A stretch of DNA of 64,000 nt from Pelagomonas calceolata. Taxonomy: Eukaryota. The notes under the pieces are model-generated. The model ran no database searches and had not been told where the DNA came from. It worked only from the letters and a program-made list of their open reading frames with translations. How positions within the stretch are numbered: the first letter of the stretch is position 1; each line of letters opens with the position of its first letter. This document shows positions 1 to 11,398 of the stretch, piece after piece. Where the stretch lies: positions 3,968,001 to 4,032,000 of the forward strand of contig CAKKNE010000004.1 in the NCBI GenBank assembly GCA_918797485.1, read 5' to 3'. A program made the position numbers and the translations under genes.

Positions 1-695
1 CAAACGTCGACGCATCCAACATACTGATCTCGTCGATGACCAACGTTTCACACGCGAGCCAGCGCTTCTTCGCTTTATAAGATGAGGCCACATGTCTAGC
101 CAAGTCCGCGGCACTTTCACCGGCGTGGCCGACGCCCGCGAAGGCGTGGATCGTTTGGCCGCCGATCTGCGTGGCCGCGGCGCCCGTCGAGGCCGTCACG
201 AAGACGCGGCGGCCGACGCGCTTCGCCGCCCGTATCGCCTCCTTGAGCGCGAAGGACTTGCCCGTGCCCTGCGTTTTACAAAATGAGTGTGCGGCCACGG
301 ACGCCGTTTTGGCATTCATAGCCCTCTCTTGCTCTCGCTCCGCGACTGGCCGCGACATACATCGCACGTATCTCGGGCAAAGCATGCGGCGGAGCTCTCT
401 CTCTTCGAGGATGGACGCCGGTTGGAACCGCGGACCCGGTGATGAAGCACGACGTGCCCTCCCTAGCTTTCGCGACGACGTCGAGCTGCTCGTCGCTCAG
501 TTTTGCCTTGGTCTTGCGGATGCGCGCGTCGATCCTTTGCAACTGCGACGCGCCGAGCGAGCCCATGAGGTGCGTCTCCTCGCGGTTCGCGCCGAGCGGC
601 CGCTTCTTCTCGGCGCCGCGGCGCATGAGGTCCGCGACGGAGACCTTGGCCTTCTTTTTGAGGGGCGGGCGCATCTTGTGGGTGAATTTGTCCAT
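1..695 (-). CDS. PIF1: PIF1-family DNA helicase, 5' part; exons 695-429 and 268-<1, runs off window
   Basis: Splicing GT(428)..AG(269) gives LSDEQ...FITGSA|GTGKS (Walker A), then TASTGAAATQIGGQTIHAFAGVG and LVIDEISML (Walker B), all PIF1 motifs. Confidence 0.9.
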
Positions 696-1099
696 CCTTT
701 TTTGTTGCGCGCCGCCGCGCGCGGTGCGTTTGTAGTGTAGTACGCGGCGCAGCGCAGCGCGCGTGGCGTTTGTGGCGCAGCGCCGGCGCGCGATGCGTAT
801 TGCAGCGCTGGTGCTCCTGGCACGGCTACAGCGTTATACGCGGCGCGTTTGAGCGCGGAAAGCCGCAATAGCCCCGCGCAGCGTATTATTTGAGTCCTAT
901 GACGCGTCTGCGTCCACCGCGGCCGTGCGCCCGGTGCAATCGGGCTCAACAGCGGAGATGGATGGTTCGGCTAGAGACTGTCCCGCTAGGCTCGTTCTTT
1001 TAAGCCGACTTGTACGCCAGTCGGGGCGCGCCGTCATCGCGCGCGGCGACCAAGACTACGATGTGGGAGACTTTAGACAGTAGGGGAGGCATGGACGAC

Positions 1100-2716
1100 C
1101 TACTGCTTCTCGCAGAAGTCCTTGATGAAGCCCGTCGTGAGCGACTTGGGCCGCTCGAGCGGCAGCCCCAACGCGCGGTCCCAGAAGACCTGGCTGAGAG
1201 CCCCGATGGCCCGCGACACGCCGAAGAGGACCGTGTAGTACTCGTACTGCGTGAAGCCGTAGTGCCACAGGAGGACGCCGGAGTGGGAGTCGACGTTCGG
1301 GTAGGGATTCGCCGTCTTGCCGTGCTCCGTCAGCACGCCGGGCATGACCTTGTAGATCGTGTCGACGACCTTGAACAATTCGTCGTCGGGCAGGTGCTTG
1401 AAGGCGAATTCGCGCTGGCACGTGTAGCGCGGGTCCGTCTTTCTTAAAACCGCATGTCCGAAGCCGGGGATCACTTTGCCCGCATTTAGAGTTTCCCACG
1501 CGAACTCCGTGATGGTCTTTTCGTTGACCTCTCTGCCCTCGGCGTCGAACTTGGCCTTGAGGTCCTGGATCCAGCCGAGGACTTCCTGGTTGGCGAGGCC
1601 GTGTAAGGGGCCCGCCAGCGCATTTAAGCCTCCAACGTAGGCGTTGTAGGGGTCCGACAGCGTCGAACCGACTAAGTGGGTAGCATGGGCCGAGGCGTTG
1701 CCGCCCTCGTGGTCTGAGTGGATGACGAGGTACAAACGCATGAGCTCGTCGAAGCCCGGCGAGTCCATCCCCAACATTCGACAAAAATTTGCCGAGTAGT
1801 CCAGCGACGTGTCTCCTTTCAGCTGTTCACCGTTGAAGTAGGTGTTGCGGTAGACGCGCGCCGCGATCGGCGCGAGCTTCGCGATCACATCTAAGACGTC
1901 CTCGTACGTCGACTCCCAGTACTTCGTCTTGTGGACGCCATCCGAGTAGGCCTTGGCGAAGTTCGACTCGGTCTGGCACCTGCGTTGTTATGGTGTTTTT
2001 GTCGCTGGTGTGGTGGCGATGGCGTATCTTCCGCCGTCGACGCGATAGGGCTCGCATCGGTAGCGTACGCGTGAGGGCTCGCCCTCACGCCGCCGACGCG
2101 ATAGGAACGTCGCGTCGATGGCGTACGCGGACGGCGACATCGACGCGATAGGATCAAGAACGGAGACGATCATAACGAGGACGCCGCAACGATACGCCTG
2201 CAACCCGAGCGAGAACTGCGTCATCGGGTGCATCGTCTTCGGCAATGAATCGAGGAGCTGGGTGGCGTGGGCCGGCAGCGCCGACCGCTCGAAGAGCTCC
2301 GCGGTGAGGCCATCACATTGTTCCTTCGTCGGAATCTCGCCCGTGAGTAACAACCAGAGGATGGCCTCGGGCGTCGGCTCGCCGTCGCCGGCCGGGCCCT
2401 TGAAGGTCGGGAGCAATTCCTGGCACTCGGGGATCGTGTAGCCCCGGAAGCGGATGCCTTCCGCGGCGTCGAGGAGCGACGTCTCCCAGAGCATGCAGCG
2501 GACACCTCTTCCGCCACCAATACACTGGTCGACCGTGACCTCTCCCAGGACCTTCGAGCCGTGGTCCGCCTTCAATTGCTTCAGTTCCTCCTGCTTTTGC
2601 GGGATCTGGACTGTGAGGGTCTCCTTGAGCGTCGCATCGGGGGATGTTTGCGGGACCGCGCTCGCGCAGCGAAGTAATTGGGTCGGCCGCGCAGCGCGCA
2701 GCGTTCTTACTAACAT
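1100..2716 (-). CDS. CS: Mitochondrial citrate synthase, 466 aa; exons 2716-2196 and 1979-1100
   Basis: [40 protein letters not shown] and YPNVDSHSG motifs; GT-AG intron 2195-1980 joins the two ORFs in frame; Arg-rich N-terminal presequence. Confidence 0.96.
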
Positions 2717-3091
2717 TTTTGCTTGTCTCGCGTTTCTTCTGGACTGCGAGGCTGTGGAAGGCTGGGAGCACAGACCAGGACCGCGCGGCGGGTCCCGGTG
2801 CGTGGGGTTTTCGCGCTCCAGGCGTGCCTCTACGGCTCTGCGGACTGTCTCCTCGCGCAGCGGTCCTTGAAAACTTCGACAAAACCCGTCAAGCCCTGCT
2901 TGTTGCTTGACCTTGACCAGCGGCCTCAGTTCCCGCGCACGGCACCTAACGAGTGCGTTCGAGCCGTCTTACGCCTCCGGCAGTAGCGCTGACGATCTGT
3001 GCGAAGCGACGCTCGCTCAATTGCTACCGCAGCCCCATCCGCCAGCTGAGAGCAGCAGCGCCACCCAGTTGAAACGCAGCGCTTAAGCACG

Positions 3092-3521
3092 ATGGTGCGC
3101 GCAAGGACCGTCGCACTGCTGCTCTGCGCAGCAGCGATCGCCACTCTCGCGTACGCCGACGACGAGCCGTACGAGCCGCGGCCGGACGCCGACGCCGAGC
3201 CCGAGGAAGCCGCGGAGCCGGAACCCAAAATACCGGAGGGCCCGAAGTTCGACTACATGGACCCGGACACATGGTCCCCGCCGGTGTGGAATTATTCGCG
3301 TGTGGCGCACGACGTGGCGTCGATGACGTAGCGCCTCGAAGCTTTTGTCTCTACGCAGGTCCCAGCCGGCGCAGTACGTCTGGATGTTCGTGAAGCTCAT
3401 CGCGGCCTTCTCGCCGATCTGGGCGATCCTCGCCGTGCTCATGAGCGCGTGGGAGGACGAGGAGGCCGAGAAGCTGAAGCGGTCGAAGAAGGCGGACTTC
3501 ACCTTCGATAGTCCCGAATAG
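3092..3521 (+). CDS. Small signal-peptide membrane protein, 114 aa; exons 3092-3273 and 3359-3521
   Basis: Hydrophobic N-terminus, acidic linker, and after removing intron 3274-3358 an in-frame hydrophobic segment (YVWMFVKLIAAFSPIWAILAVLM). Confidence 0.65.
3274..3358 (+). mobile_element. Degenerate introner-type intron
   Basis: Intron starts GTCCCCGC and the next exon starts GTCCCAGC (8-bp TSD, 1 mismatch); followed by TIR-like CGGTGTGGAATT. Confidence 0.6.
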
Positions 3522-3534
3522 ATAGCATAATTAT

Positions 3535-4495
3535 TTACACATCAGTCACGCCATCAATAGAGACGAACTTGCTCCCGTCGCGCGTCATGGGGAAGACGGC
3601 GTCCACCACCAATGGAGGGATGCCCCCGACGACGTGCGGGCAGACCCAGTCGGTCCAATTCTCGCCCACGGCCTTGCTGCCGACAGGCATCGCGCGCTCG
3701 TCTCTGACGATAATGCCGCACTGCTTCCGTAGAGCCGCGCGAGAAAAACGCAGGCAGACCCAGGGCGCTTCGGAGTCCTGGTAGAAGTGGTTCGCCGTCT
3801 CTATGAGTCGAGAAGGCACTCCGGTCGCGTGCGTGAAGCCCTCCTCATCAAAAGTCGGCGGGAAGTAGGCCTCTCCACTGGACTTGGCGGCCTCCCAGCG
3901 GGGCTGCTCGCACTGCGTTAGGGAACGTTGACGGCGTCGACGCGACCCCGAAGCGAAACGTCGCACCGACGGCATGGGCGTGACGCCATCGACGCGCATC
4001 GATGGCGTGGGCGTGACGCCATCGACCCCAAAACAAAGGACACGGACGCAAAACCATGTGGTACAGCACCTCGGGCGCGTCCTCGACCTTGGTATGTAAT
4101 GCCGCGAGGCGCTTGGCCACCCCGGAGCAACAACTCGCCTCCTCGCGCACGCAGCGGTCCGGGCGGAAGGCCGGGATGCAGACGGGGATGTACGACGTGC
4201 CCGCCTCGGGGAAGCGCGGCTGGAACCGCGTGCCCTTGTCGACGAGCGCCGTCTCGCCGGCCTTGAGCTCGACGGTCGACCCGTCCGGCAGGCCAAAGAC
4301 CAAGCGTCCGCTGCAGCAGTAGATCCACTCGTCGTAGCCGAGCGTCAGCCACGGCTCCTGGCCCGGCTGCGACACAAATACGCGTGCGAGGGACATGCGG
4401 TCGTCCTTGGTCGCAACATTACCAACGCACTCGTCGATGGCGAAGCTGTCGGTCTTGACGACGTTCGTGGCCTTGCCGACGACGGTGACTGTCAT
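3535..4495 (-). CDS. Cupin (EutQ-like) + DUF952-like fusion, 272 aa; exons 4495-4055 and 3912-3535
   Basis: N-terminal cupin pattern (YDEWIYCCSGRL...ELKAGETALV); spliced C-terminus LYHM..W...Y.P.TF..EGFTHAT...PHVVGGIP...V resembles DUF952; GT-AG intron 4054-3913. Confidence 0.7.
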
Positions 4496-4656
4496 TGTAG
4501 CAGTATGCGTCAGTGATAAAAACACGTGAAATGGATCGATGCACGCAGTGCAGCTTGCTAAGCCGTGCAGAAGGGATGCAAAGCTATTGCTTGCACAGCC
4601 TAGCGTTTGCGGGCTGTGTCACTGTGATGAATCAGCAGCCCGAGAGTTGAAGCCTG

Positions 4657-4678
4657 CTAGTGTGTTACAGGCCGCTAG
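4657..4678 (+). promoter_or_regulatory. CTAG-bounded intergenic motif copy (CTAGTGTGTTACAGGCCGCTAG)
   Basis: Between divergent starts at 4495(-) and 4820(+); recurs across the window. Confidence 0.7.
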
Positions 4679-4819
4679 CTCTGAGAGGCTGCAAGCGAGG
4701 CCATTTGCGCCATAGCGGTGCACCAGGCCGCTAGGATCGAGGCTCTGATACGCTCTCATCGCGCTGTCGACGCTGCGCGAGCACGACGGCGCGTGCTGCC
4801 GCGTTTGGTTAGTGCAACC

Positions 4820-6056
4820 ATGCACCGCAGTCTGCTGCTCGCCTGGTGCGCCGTCGCATTCGTGCCGCGACGACCGCAGCGAGCACCGCTTTTAAAATGT
4901 GCAGCGAAGCCAAAGCCGCAGCCTGAAACACGCGAGCTCGAAACGCTCAAGGTCGGCGAGCGCGTCAGCGGCCCGCTCGTCGGTAAGGTCTTCCAGGGGA
5001 AGAGAGGAGTGAAGGCTTTTCTGGACGTCGGATGCGTCGGCAACAACAAAAAGCGCATCAATGGCATGCTGCGCCTGCCGCACTACAAGCAGTGGCGCAA
5101 CGGCACGGACGCGTACAAGCGGCTCACAAAGGAGCTGCGGGACGCGCGGCGCGGGAAGAGCGTGACCGCCTACGTGGCCGCCGTGCATGCGGCGTCGCAG
5201 CAGTTGGTGTTGGAGCCCTTCGCGAAGCCGCGGCCGCCGTCGCTCAAGCTGTCGCCAAGCCGCGTGGAAAGTAGCTTCGTATGGGCAACGTCGCGTCGAT
5301 GACATGTGACGCCCACGCAGGTCGGAGCTCGAAATAGGCACGGAGCTGCGGAACTGCCGCGTCGTCGGCATGACGGCAAAATTCGCCTACGTCGACACAC
5401 CCTGCTTCCACGACGGCGCGCGGTCGACAAAACCAAAGAGGCGGCTGCGCGCGCGGCTGGTGCTGCCGCCGACGATAGCGTTGGAGACGGCGCCGGTCAA
5501 GGCCGCGTCCATCGAGCGCATTCTGCGGCTCGACGACCTCGTGACGTGCTACGTGCGACGGCCAGAACCCGCGAGCGGGCGATTGGAGGTCGGCCTCGAG
5601 CCCGCGTCCTCGGAAACGCTCGCGAGCGAAGCGAAGGCGCGGGACGGCCGCCGCCAGGCCCGCGCACGGCGCGCCGCCGTTACAAAACGTCTTGAAGTCG
5701 GCCAGCGCTTCCGAGGGTCAGTCGTGCGGCGCCTCGCGTACGGCGCGGCCGTCGACGTCGGCGCTACGGGGCCGGGTTTGGTGTTGCGGGGCGAACGAGA
5801 CCGCGACTTCGTCGGCGTGGGCGACCGCGTTTCTGTGGAGGTGGCGGCGGTCGAAGCGCGCGACGCGGGGCCGCCGCGGTTGACGTTGGAGCTCGTCGTG
5901 GAAGACGAGGAGGACGACGCGCCGGAGCCTCCAAAACCAGCGGCGCCGCGGACGGCTCGGCCCGAGCCCGAGCCCGAGCCCGAGCCCACGTCGATGTTCG
6001 ACGACCTCGACGACCTCGACGACATCGAGGCGAGCCTGGGTTTGGACGAGTATTAA
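4820..6056 (+). CDS. S1 RNA-binding domain protein, probably plastid-targeted, 388 aa; exons 4820-5250 and 5321-6056
   Basis: Repeated S1-like patterns (LKVGERVSG..V...AFLDVG; LEVGQRFRGSVVRRLAYGAAVDVG); signal peptide then AF(V)P, ASAFAP-like; GT-AG intron 5251-5320 restores frame. Confidence 0.75.
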
Positions 6057-6299
6057 AAAAATTAATTAAAATTCGAAAATATTCGGGTATTTTCTCGCGT
6101 TTTTTTGGTGAGAACGGCCATTGCTCGACCAGAGTCGTGTGTTTGCATGGTTTCGTATTGCATACAAGCCCGCCTTACTTCGCTGCATGCTGCTCCATAA
6201 ATAACTGACCCTGGGAGCGAGGCAGGCTCCCCTGTGCAACAGTGCACTGTGCTGCTCCTGCGCGGCACGGCTCTCAAATCCCGCGATTAACCAATAGCG

Positions 6300-7703
6300 A
6301 TGCCGAAAAGAAGAAGTAACAGCCCAAAGAAGAAGCAGCAGCCCAAGGACCGGTCGCGCAGCCGCTCGCGCGACGAGGAGAACAACGGCACCAGCAAGAA
6401 CAGCAATAATCGGCTGCTGTTCGCAGCGGTGCTCGGCGCCGTCGCCGCCGTCACGGCCTACTACTGGCGCAATGACGCAGAAGACACGCCGTGGCAGCCA
6501 CGGCCCTCGGACGCGTACGCACCGCTCAAGAAAATAAGCGGCGTGTTGATTGAGGACTTCGTGCCGCAACGAATTATAGATGAGCTACGATACCAACTCA
6601 TGGACGCCGTCAACGGGACGTGCGCTGCGCCTACCATGGTCTGTTTTGATCCAGCGCGCGTCGACGTAGCGACGGGCGAGGCGGCGTCGCTGTTGCCGCC
6701 GTGGCTCGCGAACGCGACCGCGGCCGAGGTCGTAGAACGGCCGGGCGCGTCGCACTGCGTCCAGGGTATCAAGGAGGCCGACGCCCACGCGGCGACGGCG
6801 TCCGTGAGCTTTGTGTCATCTCGAGACGAGTTCGTCGCGGCGAAGGCTGTAGAAAGAGCGGTCCAGTCCGCCGTGGGCCTGCCGGGGTCGCACGGGCTCT
6901 TCCAGCAGCTTTTGTATTATCCGGAGGGCGCGCCGGGCTACGCATCGCACCGCGATTGTAGGGATGACGCGGCGGCGGCAGCCGCCGCGGCCGGCGGCGC
7001 CGCGCCGCAGGAGCGCGCCTTCACGACTTTGCTCTACCTATCGGACAACGCGAGTGGCGACACCGATTTTCCTACGCTTCGCGTTTCCATAAAACCGCGC
7101 GCCGGGCTCTTCGTCGCGTGGCGGAGCCTGAAAAACAGCAAGTGCGACCCCGCGTCGACGCACGCCGCGGGCCCAGTTCTCGTCACAGACGCGCCGAAGC
7201 TCGTGCTACAGCGATGGTACGAGCGCACTCCCTACCTACCGGGGCCGAACGCCCACGGCGAGCCCTGGACGCGCTGTAGCCTCGGCGAGGACGGTTCTGT
7301 TGATAGTTGTCGCACGTACTGCGCCTCGCAAAGGGCGCGCGCGGCAAGCGACGCCCTGCGCTTCGGCATGGAGGCCTTCACGGCCCACAAGTCCGGTCTA
7401 GACCCCGATGCGCGCGCGGCGGCCGTCGAAGCATTATCGGACGCGCTCTCTTTGCTTCCGGGCCTCTCGCTGGCCCAGGTCCTGCTGGCCCACGCGCTCT
7501 ACGACGGCGCCGAAATTGATGAAGCGCGCATCTGCGATTTGTGTGCCCGGTTCCTCGCCGACTACCCCTCTCTCAAAGGGGTCTCCGAGGACGCGGAGGT
7601 CATGCTCGAGGAGCTACAGTGCGACGGCGGCCTCGTCGAGCGGCACCGGTCCCTCGCGCTGCACGAGATCGCCGCGGCGCGCGGGCGGCCGCGAGCGGCC
7701 TAG
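6300..7703 (+). CDS. Membrane-anchored prolyl-4-hydroxylase-like 2OG-Fe(II) oxygenase
   Basis: N-terminal TM segment; HxD (SHRD), RAFTTLLYLSD..SGDTDFP, distal His (THAA) and K.VLQRW. Confidence 0.75.
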   Translation: MPKRRSNSPKKKQQPKDRSRSRSRDEENNGTSKNSNNRLLFAAVLGAVAAVTAYYWRNDAEDTPWQPRPSDAYAPLKKISGVLIEDFVPQRIIDELRYQLMDAVNGTCAAPTMVCFDPARVDVATGEAASLLPPWLANATAAEVVERPGASHCVQGIKEADAHAATASVSFVSSRDEFVAAKAVERAVQSAVGLPGSHGLFQQLLYYPEGAPGYASHRDCRDDAAAAAAAAGGAAPQERAFTTLLYLSDNASGDTDFPTLRVSIKPRAGLFVAWRSLKNSKCDPASTHAAGPVLVTDAPKLVLQRWYERTPYLPGPNAHGEPWTRCSLGEDGSVDSCRTYCASQRARAASDALRFGMEAFTAHKSGLDPDARAAAVEALSDALSLLPGLSLAQVLLAHALYDGAEIDEARICDLCARFLADYPSLKGVSEDAEVMLEELQCDGGLVERHRSLALHEIAAARGRPRAA

Positions 7704-7728
7704 TTGTTTATAAATTATGTTGTGGGAA

Positions 7729-9005
7729 TTATATCTTCGGTAGCGCGCCGGCCGCCTTGTACACATTGACGAGGGCCTTGGCCCCCATTCGTTTCTTCTT
7801 CGTCTTCTTCTTGGGCGTTTTTGCAGGTTTGCAGGTCGGATGCCTGTAGCTGACGCTCCCGTCCGATGCTTTGGTCCCGACGCGGTCGCCATCGATTTTG
7901 TTGCCACACACAAAGCAGCTCGGCGCGTAGAGCGCCACCCAGCAGGGCTGACAGAACAGATATCCATTTTCCTCTTTTTTTCGCGCGTCGCCGGCGAGCG
8001 ACGTGCCGCACCCGCTGCACAGGAAGCAGGCTTCATGATACTTGCCGAGTTTGGGAACCTCGACGACGGCGCCGCCCCGGATGATCTTGGCGCAGCCGCG
8101 GCAGGTCCCGATGTCCCACTGTGTGGCGACGTCGGTCCGCGCGACGCGCGGCGGCGGGCCGTTCGTTTGCCGGGCGGCGATTGCGTCTTCATCGTCGTCG
8201 AAGCCCACGCAGAATTCGATGCACACAACAGTGCCAAAGGTCGCGTGCGCCCCCGCCCGCACGGCCGCCGCCTTCCACCGCGGATCGAAGACGCAGAGTC
8301 TATGGCCCCTATCCCGCACCTGTGTGAAAATCAAAATTTTACGGCACGTTCGTGCTGACGCGTCTACCTGCACGCCATCGACGCGACGCCTGCTCGATGG
8401 CGTGGCGGTGCCGGTTCCTCACCGCTCGACGGAGCCAGCACGGCCGCGCCGTCGCTGTGATATGACTTTGTGAAGAATTATCGGGTGCACCCGACACACT
8501 GGTTGATTTCCACACAGTCCCACACGCCATCATCAACAATGAGGTCTTCCACCACCTGAGCGCCCGTAGTAGCGCGCCCATACCAAATACACTCGCCGAC
8601 GGCTCCCTTCCACTTCCCGTAGCGCGTGGCCCTGTCCTCGGGCCGCGAGTCGTCGCCGCCGCGGTGCGACGCGACGCCCGCTCCGCCCACGTCGACCGCG
8701 TGGTCCTCGGCCGCGAGCTTCAGCCCTACGCCGGCCTCTGCGAGCGGGCACGCGGCCTCGCACTTCTGGAGCCATTGGATGGCGTCCTTGACCGCCGAGG
8801 CGCCTTCCTTGGTCTGGCGCGGCCGCGCGTTGCCGGGCGGCTGGTAGGTCTTGCCTTTGTATAGCGATGCACGCGTCGCGAGTCTCGTCGCGACGTCACT
8901 AGGAGCCAACCGTGCGGCCGACAAGGCGTCAAGAACTTCGGCTTCGAGCGTCTCCCAAGGCTTGTCGGCCGGTACTGTCGAGGTGTTGTCCACTGCTGGC
9001 ATCAT
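7729..9005 (-). CDS. CAP/SCP-domain + LIM-domain protein, 356 aa; exons 9005-8526 and 8319-7729
   Basis: CAP motifs (AAEDH, GECIWYG, LIVDDG|VRDRGHR after splicing); C-terminal CxxC...HxxCFxCxxC...CxxC LIM pattern. Confidence 0.8.
8320..8517. mobile_element. Introner: MITE-like DNA element forming intron 8525-8320
   Basis: TIRs CTGTGTGAAAATCAA / TTGATTTCCACACAG; flanks TCCCGCAC (8312-8319) and TCCCACAC (8518-8525) form an 8-bp TSD with 1 mismatch; homologous to 11774-11941 in opposite orientation. Confidence 0.9.
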
Positions 9006-9172
9006 GATTTGTTCTCCCTCAGCTCATAATGTCAGGGCTGCCCTGAGCGATGGTTCGGCTGCCTTGAGCGGTGCACAGCGTGTCAGCAGTCACGAATGAA
9101 TGCCAGGATGAAATCGGTTCCAATGTGTACGAGTGCTACGCCGCACTGCAATGGTCAAGCTCTCCGTGAGTG

Positions 9173-9193
9173 CTAGTATGTTTGATACGCTAG
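9173..9193 (+). promoter_or_regulatory. Variant CTAG-bounded motif (CTAGTATGTTTGATACGCTAG)
   Basis: Between divergent starts 9005(-) and 9348(+). Confidence 0.5.
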
Positions 9194-9347
9194 ACTGTCT
9201 CTTCTGCGGCTAAGGCGCAAGTCTGTACAGGCCACCCAAGCATTGGCGGCAGCGTTCGACGCAACACCTACGTCACGCCAGCAACGCGACGCCGCGCTGG
9301 CGTCCGCAGCACTACTTACGCTGGCTTTGGTGCGCAGCACACGAGCC

Positions 9348-10502
9348 ATGGCCGCCATGACGACCGGGAGCCAACCCAAGGTGCTGGTATTCGGCTACGG
9401 CTCGAACGGAGTCGCGCAGCTTAGAGCGCGCTGCGCAAATCCAACGTTAACGCTGCGGCCGGCGCGCCTGCCCGACCACGCGCGGGTCTTCTGCCTCCGG
9501 AGCCCGCGCTGGGGCCAAGGTGGCGTCGCGTCGCTGGCGCCGGCCCCGAACCAGCACTGCCTCGGCAGCGTCGCCGAGCTTTCAGTGAAGGAGAAGGAGC
9601 TGCTCGACAAGTTCGAGAAGCCGGCGTACCGGGACGTGACCGTAACCATAGAGGTGCGGGGCGACGACGGTGCTTACATCCAAAGGCAAGCCATAGCTTA
9701 CGTCGGCGGTAGTGGTGAAGACGCCTTCACGCTGCCCTTCACGACGCCGCCGTCCGAGGCGTACCTCGTGGCGATCCGGTCCCACCTTAGGGACCACTGG
9801 GACGACGTCGATCAGATCGACGTGCGCTGCGCGGCGCGCGGCGCCGTCGCCCAGTGGAGCTACCCGTACCAAAACCCGACGCGCCTGGACCTGGCGTCGC
9901 TCTGCGTCGAGGTCAACGCGCGGCGCACGGCGCCGTGGACGATGCCCGCCGCGATCCGGCCGCGCTGCACGGCGCTCGTGGAGGCCGGCCTGACTACGAC
10001 GGCGGAGGTCGCCGCGGCGCTCTGCGACCGGCGAAGCGCGTTTTCCGCCGTGGACTGGGACGACGACGGCCTCCGGGCGCTGGCGCAGGTGCCGCTGCAC
10101 CGCGTTTTTGTCTACGGGAGTTTGTTGACGGGCCTGCACAACGCCGGCCGTCTCGCGGGAGCGCGCCTTCTCGGCACCGCGACGACGTTTGATGAATACG
10201 CGCTCCGGTCGGCGGGCGCCTACCCCTACGCCGTCGACGGCGCGGACGCGCCGGGCCTCTCCACCACCCCACTCGCCGGCGAGCTCTACGTCTGCTCGAC
10301 GGACCAGCTCGACCGCCTGGACGCGCTCGAGGACCACCCTTCTTATTATCAGAGAAGACGCGTACGGCTTCGGGGCGACGACGCCGAGGCCTGGATGTAT
10401 GTGCTGCGCGACGCCGGCGCGCTCGCAGAAATCCGGGCGCGGCCCGACGCCTACGCCGACGCGGCGGGCGACTGGCGCGCGTTTTTGGAGAGAAATAATT
10501 AG
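9348..10502 (+). CDS. Protein with two gamma-glutamylcyclotransferase (GGCT/AIG2-like) domains
   Basis: VFGYGSN...LDKFE and VFVYGSL...GELY...LDALEDHP.YYQR motifs. Confidence 0.8.
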   Translation: MAAMTTGSQPKVLVFGYGSNGVAQLRARCANPTLTLRPARLPDHARVFCLRSPRWGQGGVASLAPAPNQHCLGSVAELSVKEKELLDKFEKPAYRDVTVTIEVRGDDGAYIQRQAIAYVGGSGEDAFTLPFTTPPSEAYLVAIRSHLRDHWDDVDQIDVRCAARGAVAQWSYPYQNPTRLDLASLCVEVNARRTAPWTMPAAIRPRCTALVEAGLTTTAEVAAALCDRRSAFSAVDWDDDGLRALAQVPLHRVFVYGSLLTGLHNAGRLAGARLLGTATTFDEYALRSAGAYPYAVDGADAPGLSTTPLAGELYVCSTDQLDRLDALEDHPSYYQRRRVRLRGDDAEAWMYVLRDAGALAEIRARPDAYADAAGDWRAFLERNN

Positions 10503-10513
10503 ACTTGTGTTAT

Positions 10514-10894
10514 TTACAGACGCGTGAGCGCGACGTTGTCCCTGTACTCCTCTCGAGCACTTTCGTCGCGGAGGATCGATGTGCGGACGACGTCGCCGAG
10601 GATGGCGCGGAGCCGATCGGCCGAGAGGGCTCCGCTCTCCGACATGGACGCAAGCGCGGCGGCCCGGAAGCGCTCGGACTCCATGAAGTTGAGAAACCGC
10701 GAGTCGCTCTCCCACGTCTCCTCGAGGAATTCGCGGAACACCGCGGATGCGATAGCGGCGTCGGGCGCGGGCAGCGACGCCTCGAAGCGCGCCGCGCGGG
10801 CTGCCAAATTAGGCGTGCCGACGAACAGGAGCATGTCGAGGCGGCCCGGCCGCACGACGGCGGAGTCAAAGGCTGCCAATCTGTTGGTTGCGAG
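10514..10894 (-). pseudogene. Diverged duplicate of the last exon of the AAA ATPase gene (orphan fragment or alternative last exon)
   Basis: Translation aligns end to end with 11773-11399 (ATNRLAAFDSAVVRPGRLD...DNVALTRL*) with frame intact; no upstream Walker A exon. Confidence 0.7.
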
Positions 10895-11398
10895 TGGGTT
10901 GATATGGATGACGCCGCGTTGCTCGCGGCCGTTCACGACGTGTGGCGTTGGAAGGGATCGCGAGGAGATGTTTGGAAAACGAAGCGAGCCAATAAAATAG
11001 GCCTATCCTTAGGCCGCGCTCGAGTTCGTTGCGTTCGACCTCGCCGTCACCGTTGCAATATAATAAACCCCACACCGAATCTCCATCAATACGCCGCTCC
11101 GGCGGGACGACTCTATTGACACTAGGCCGACGGCGAGCGGGCAAGTGGCAGCGTTGATTTACCTTCAAATGAACGCCGTCGACGCGACTTTGTACGCCGC
11201 ATTATTGCTTGATGGCGTGGAGGTGCTTGCACGACTCACAGCACCGCTCCGACGCCAAGCTCTTCGAGGACGTCGCGGCGCTGGGGAAGTAGACGGGCTC
11301 CTCGTCTCTCTCTAGCAAGTAACTACGTGATACTGTGATCTACACCGACCGGGGTAAAAGAAACAACAGGGCGTGACGACTGTATATACTTGCTAAGA

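Noticed and set aside
9582..10715. 377-aa minus-strand ORF
   Set aside because: Antisense shadow of the cyclotransferase gene
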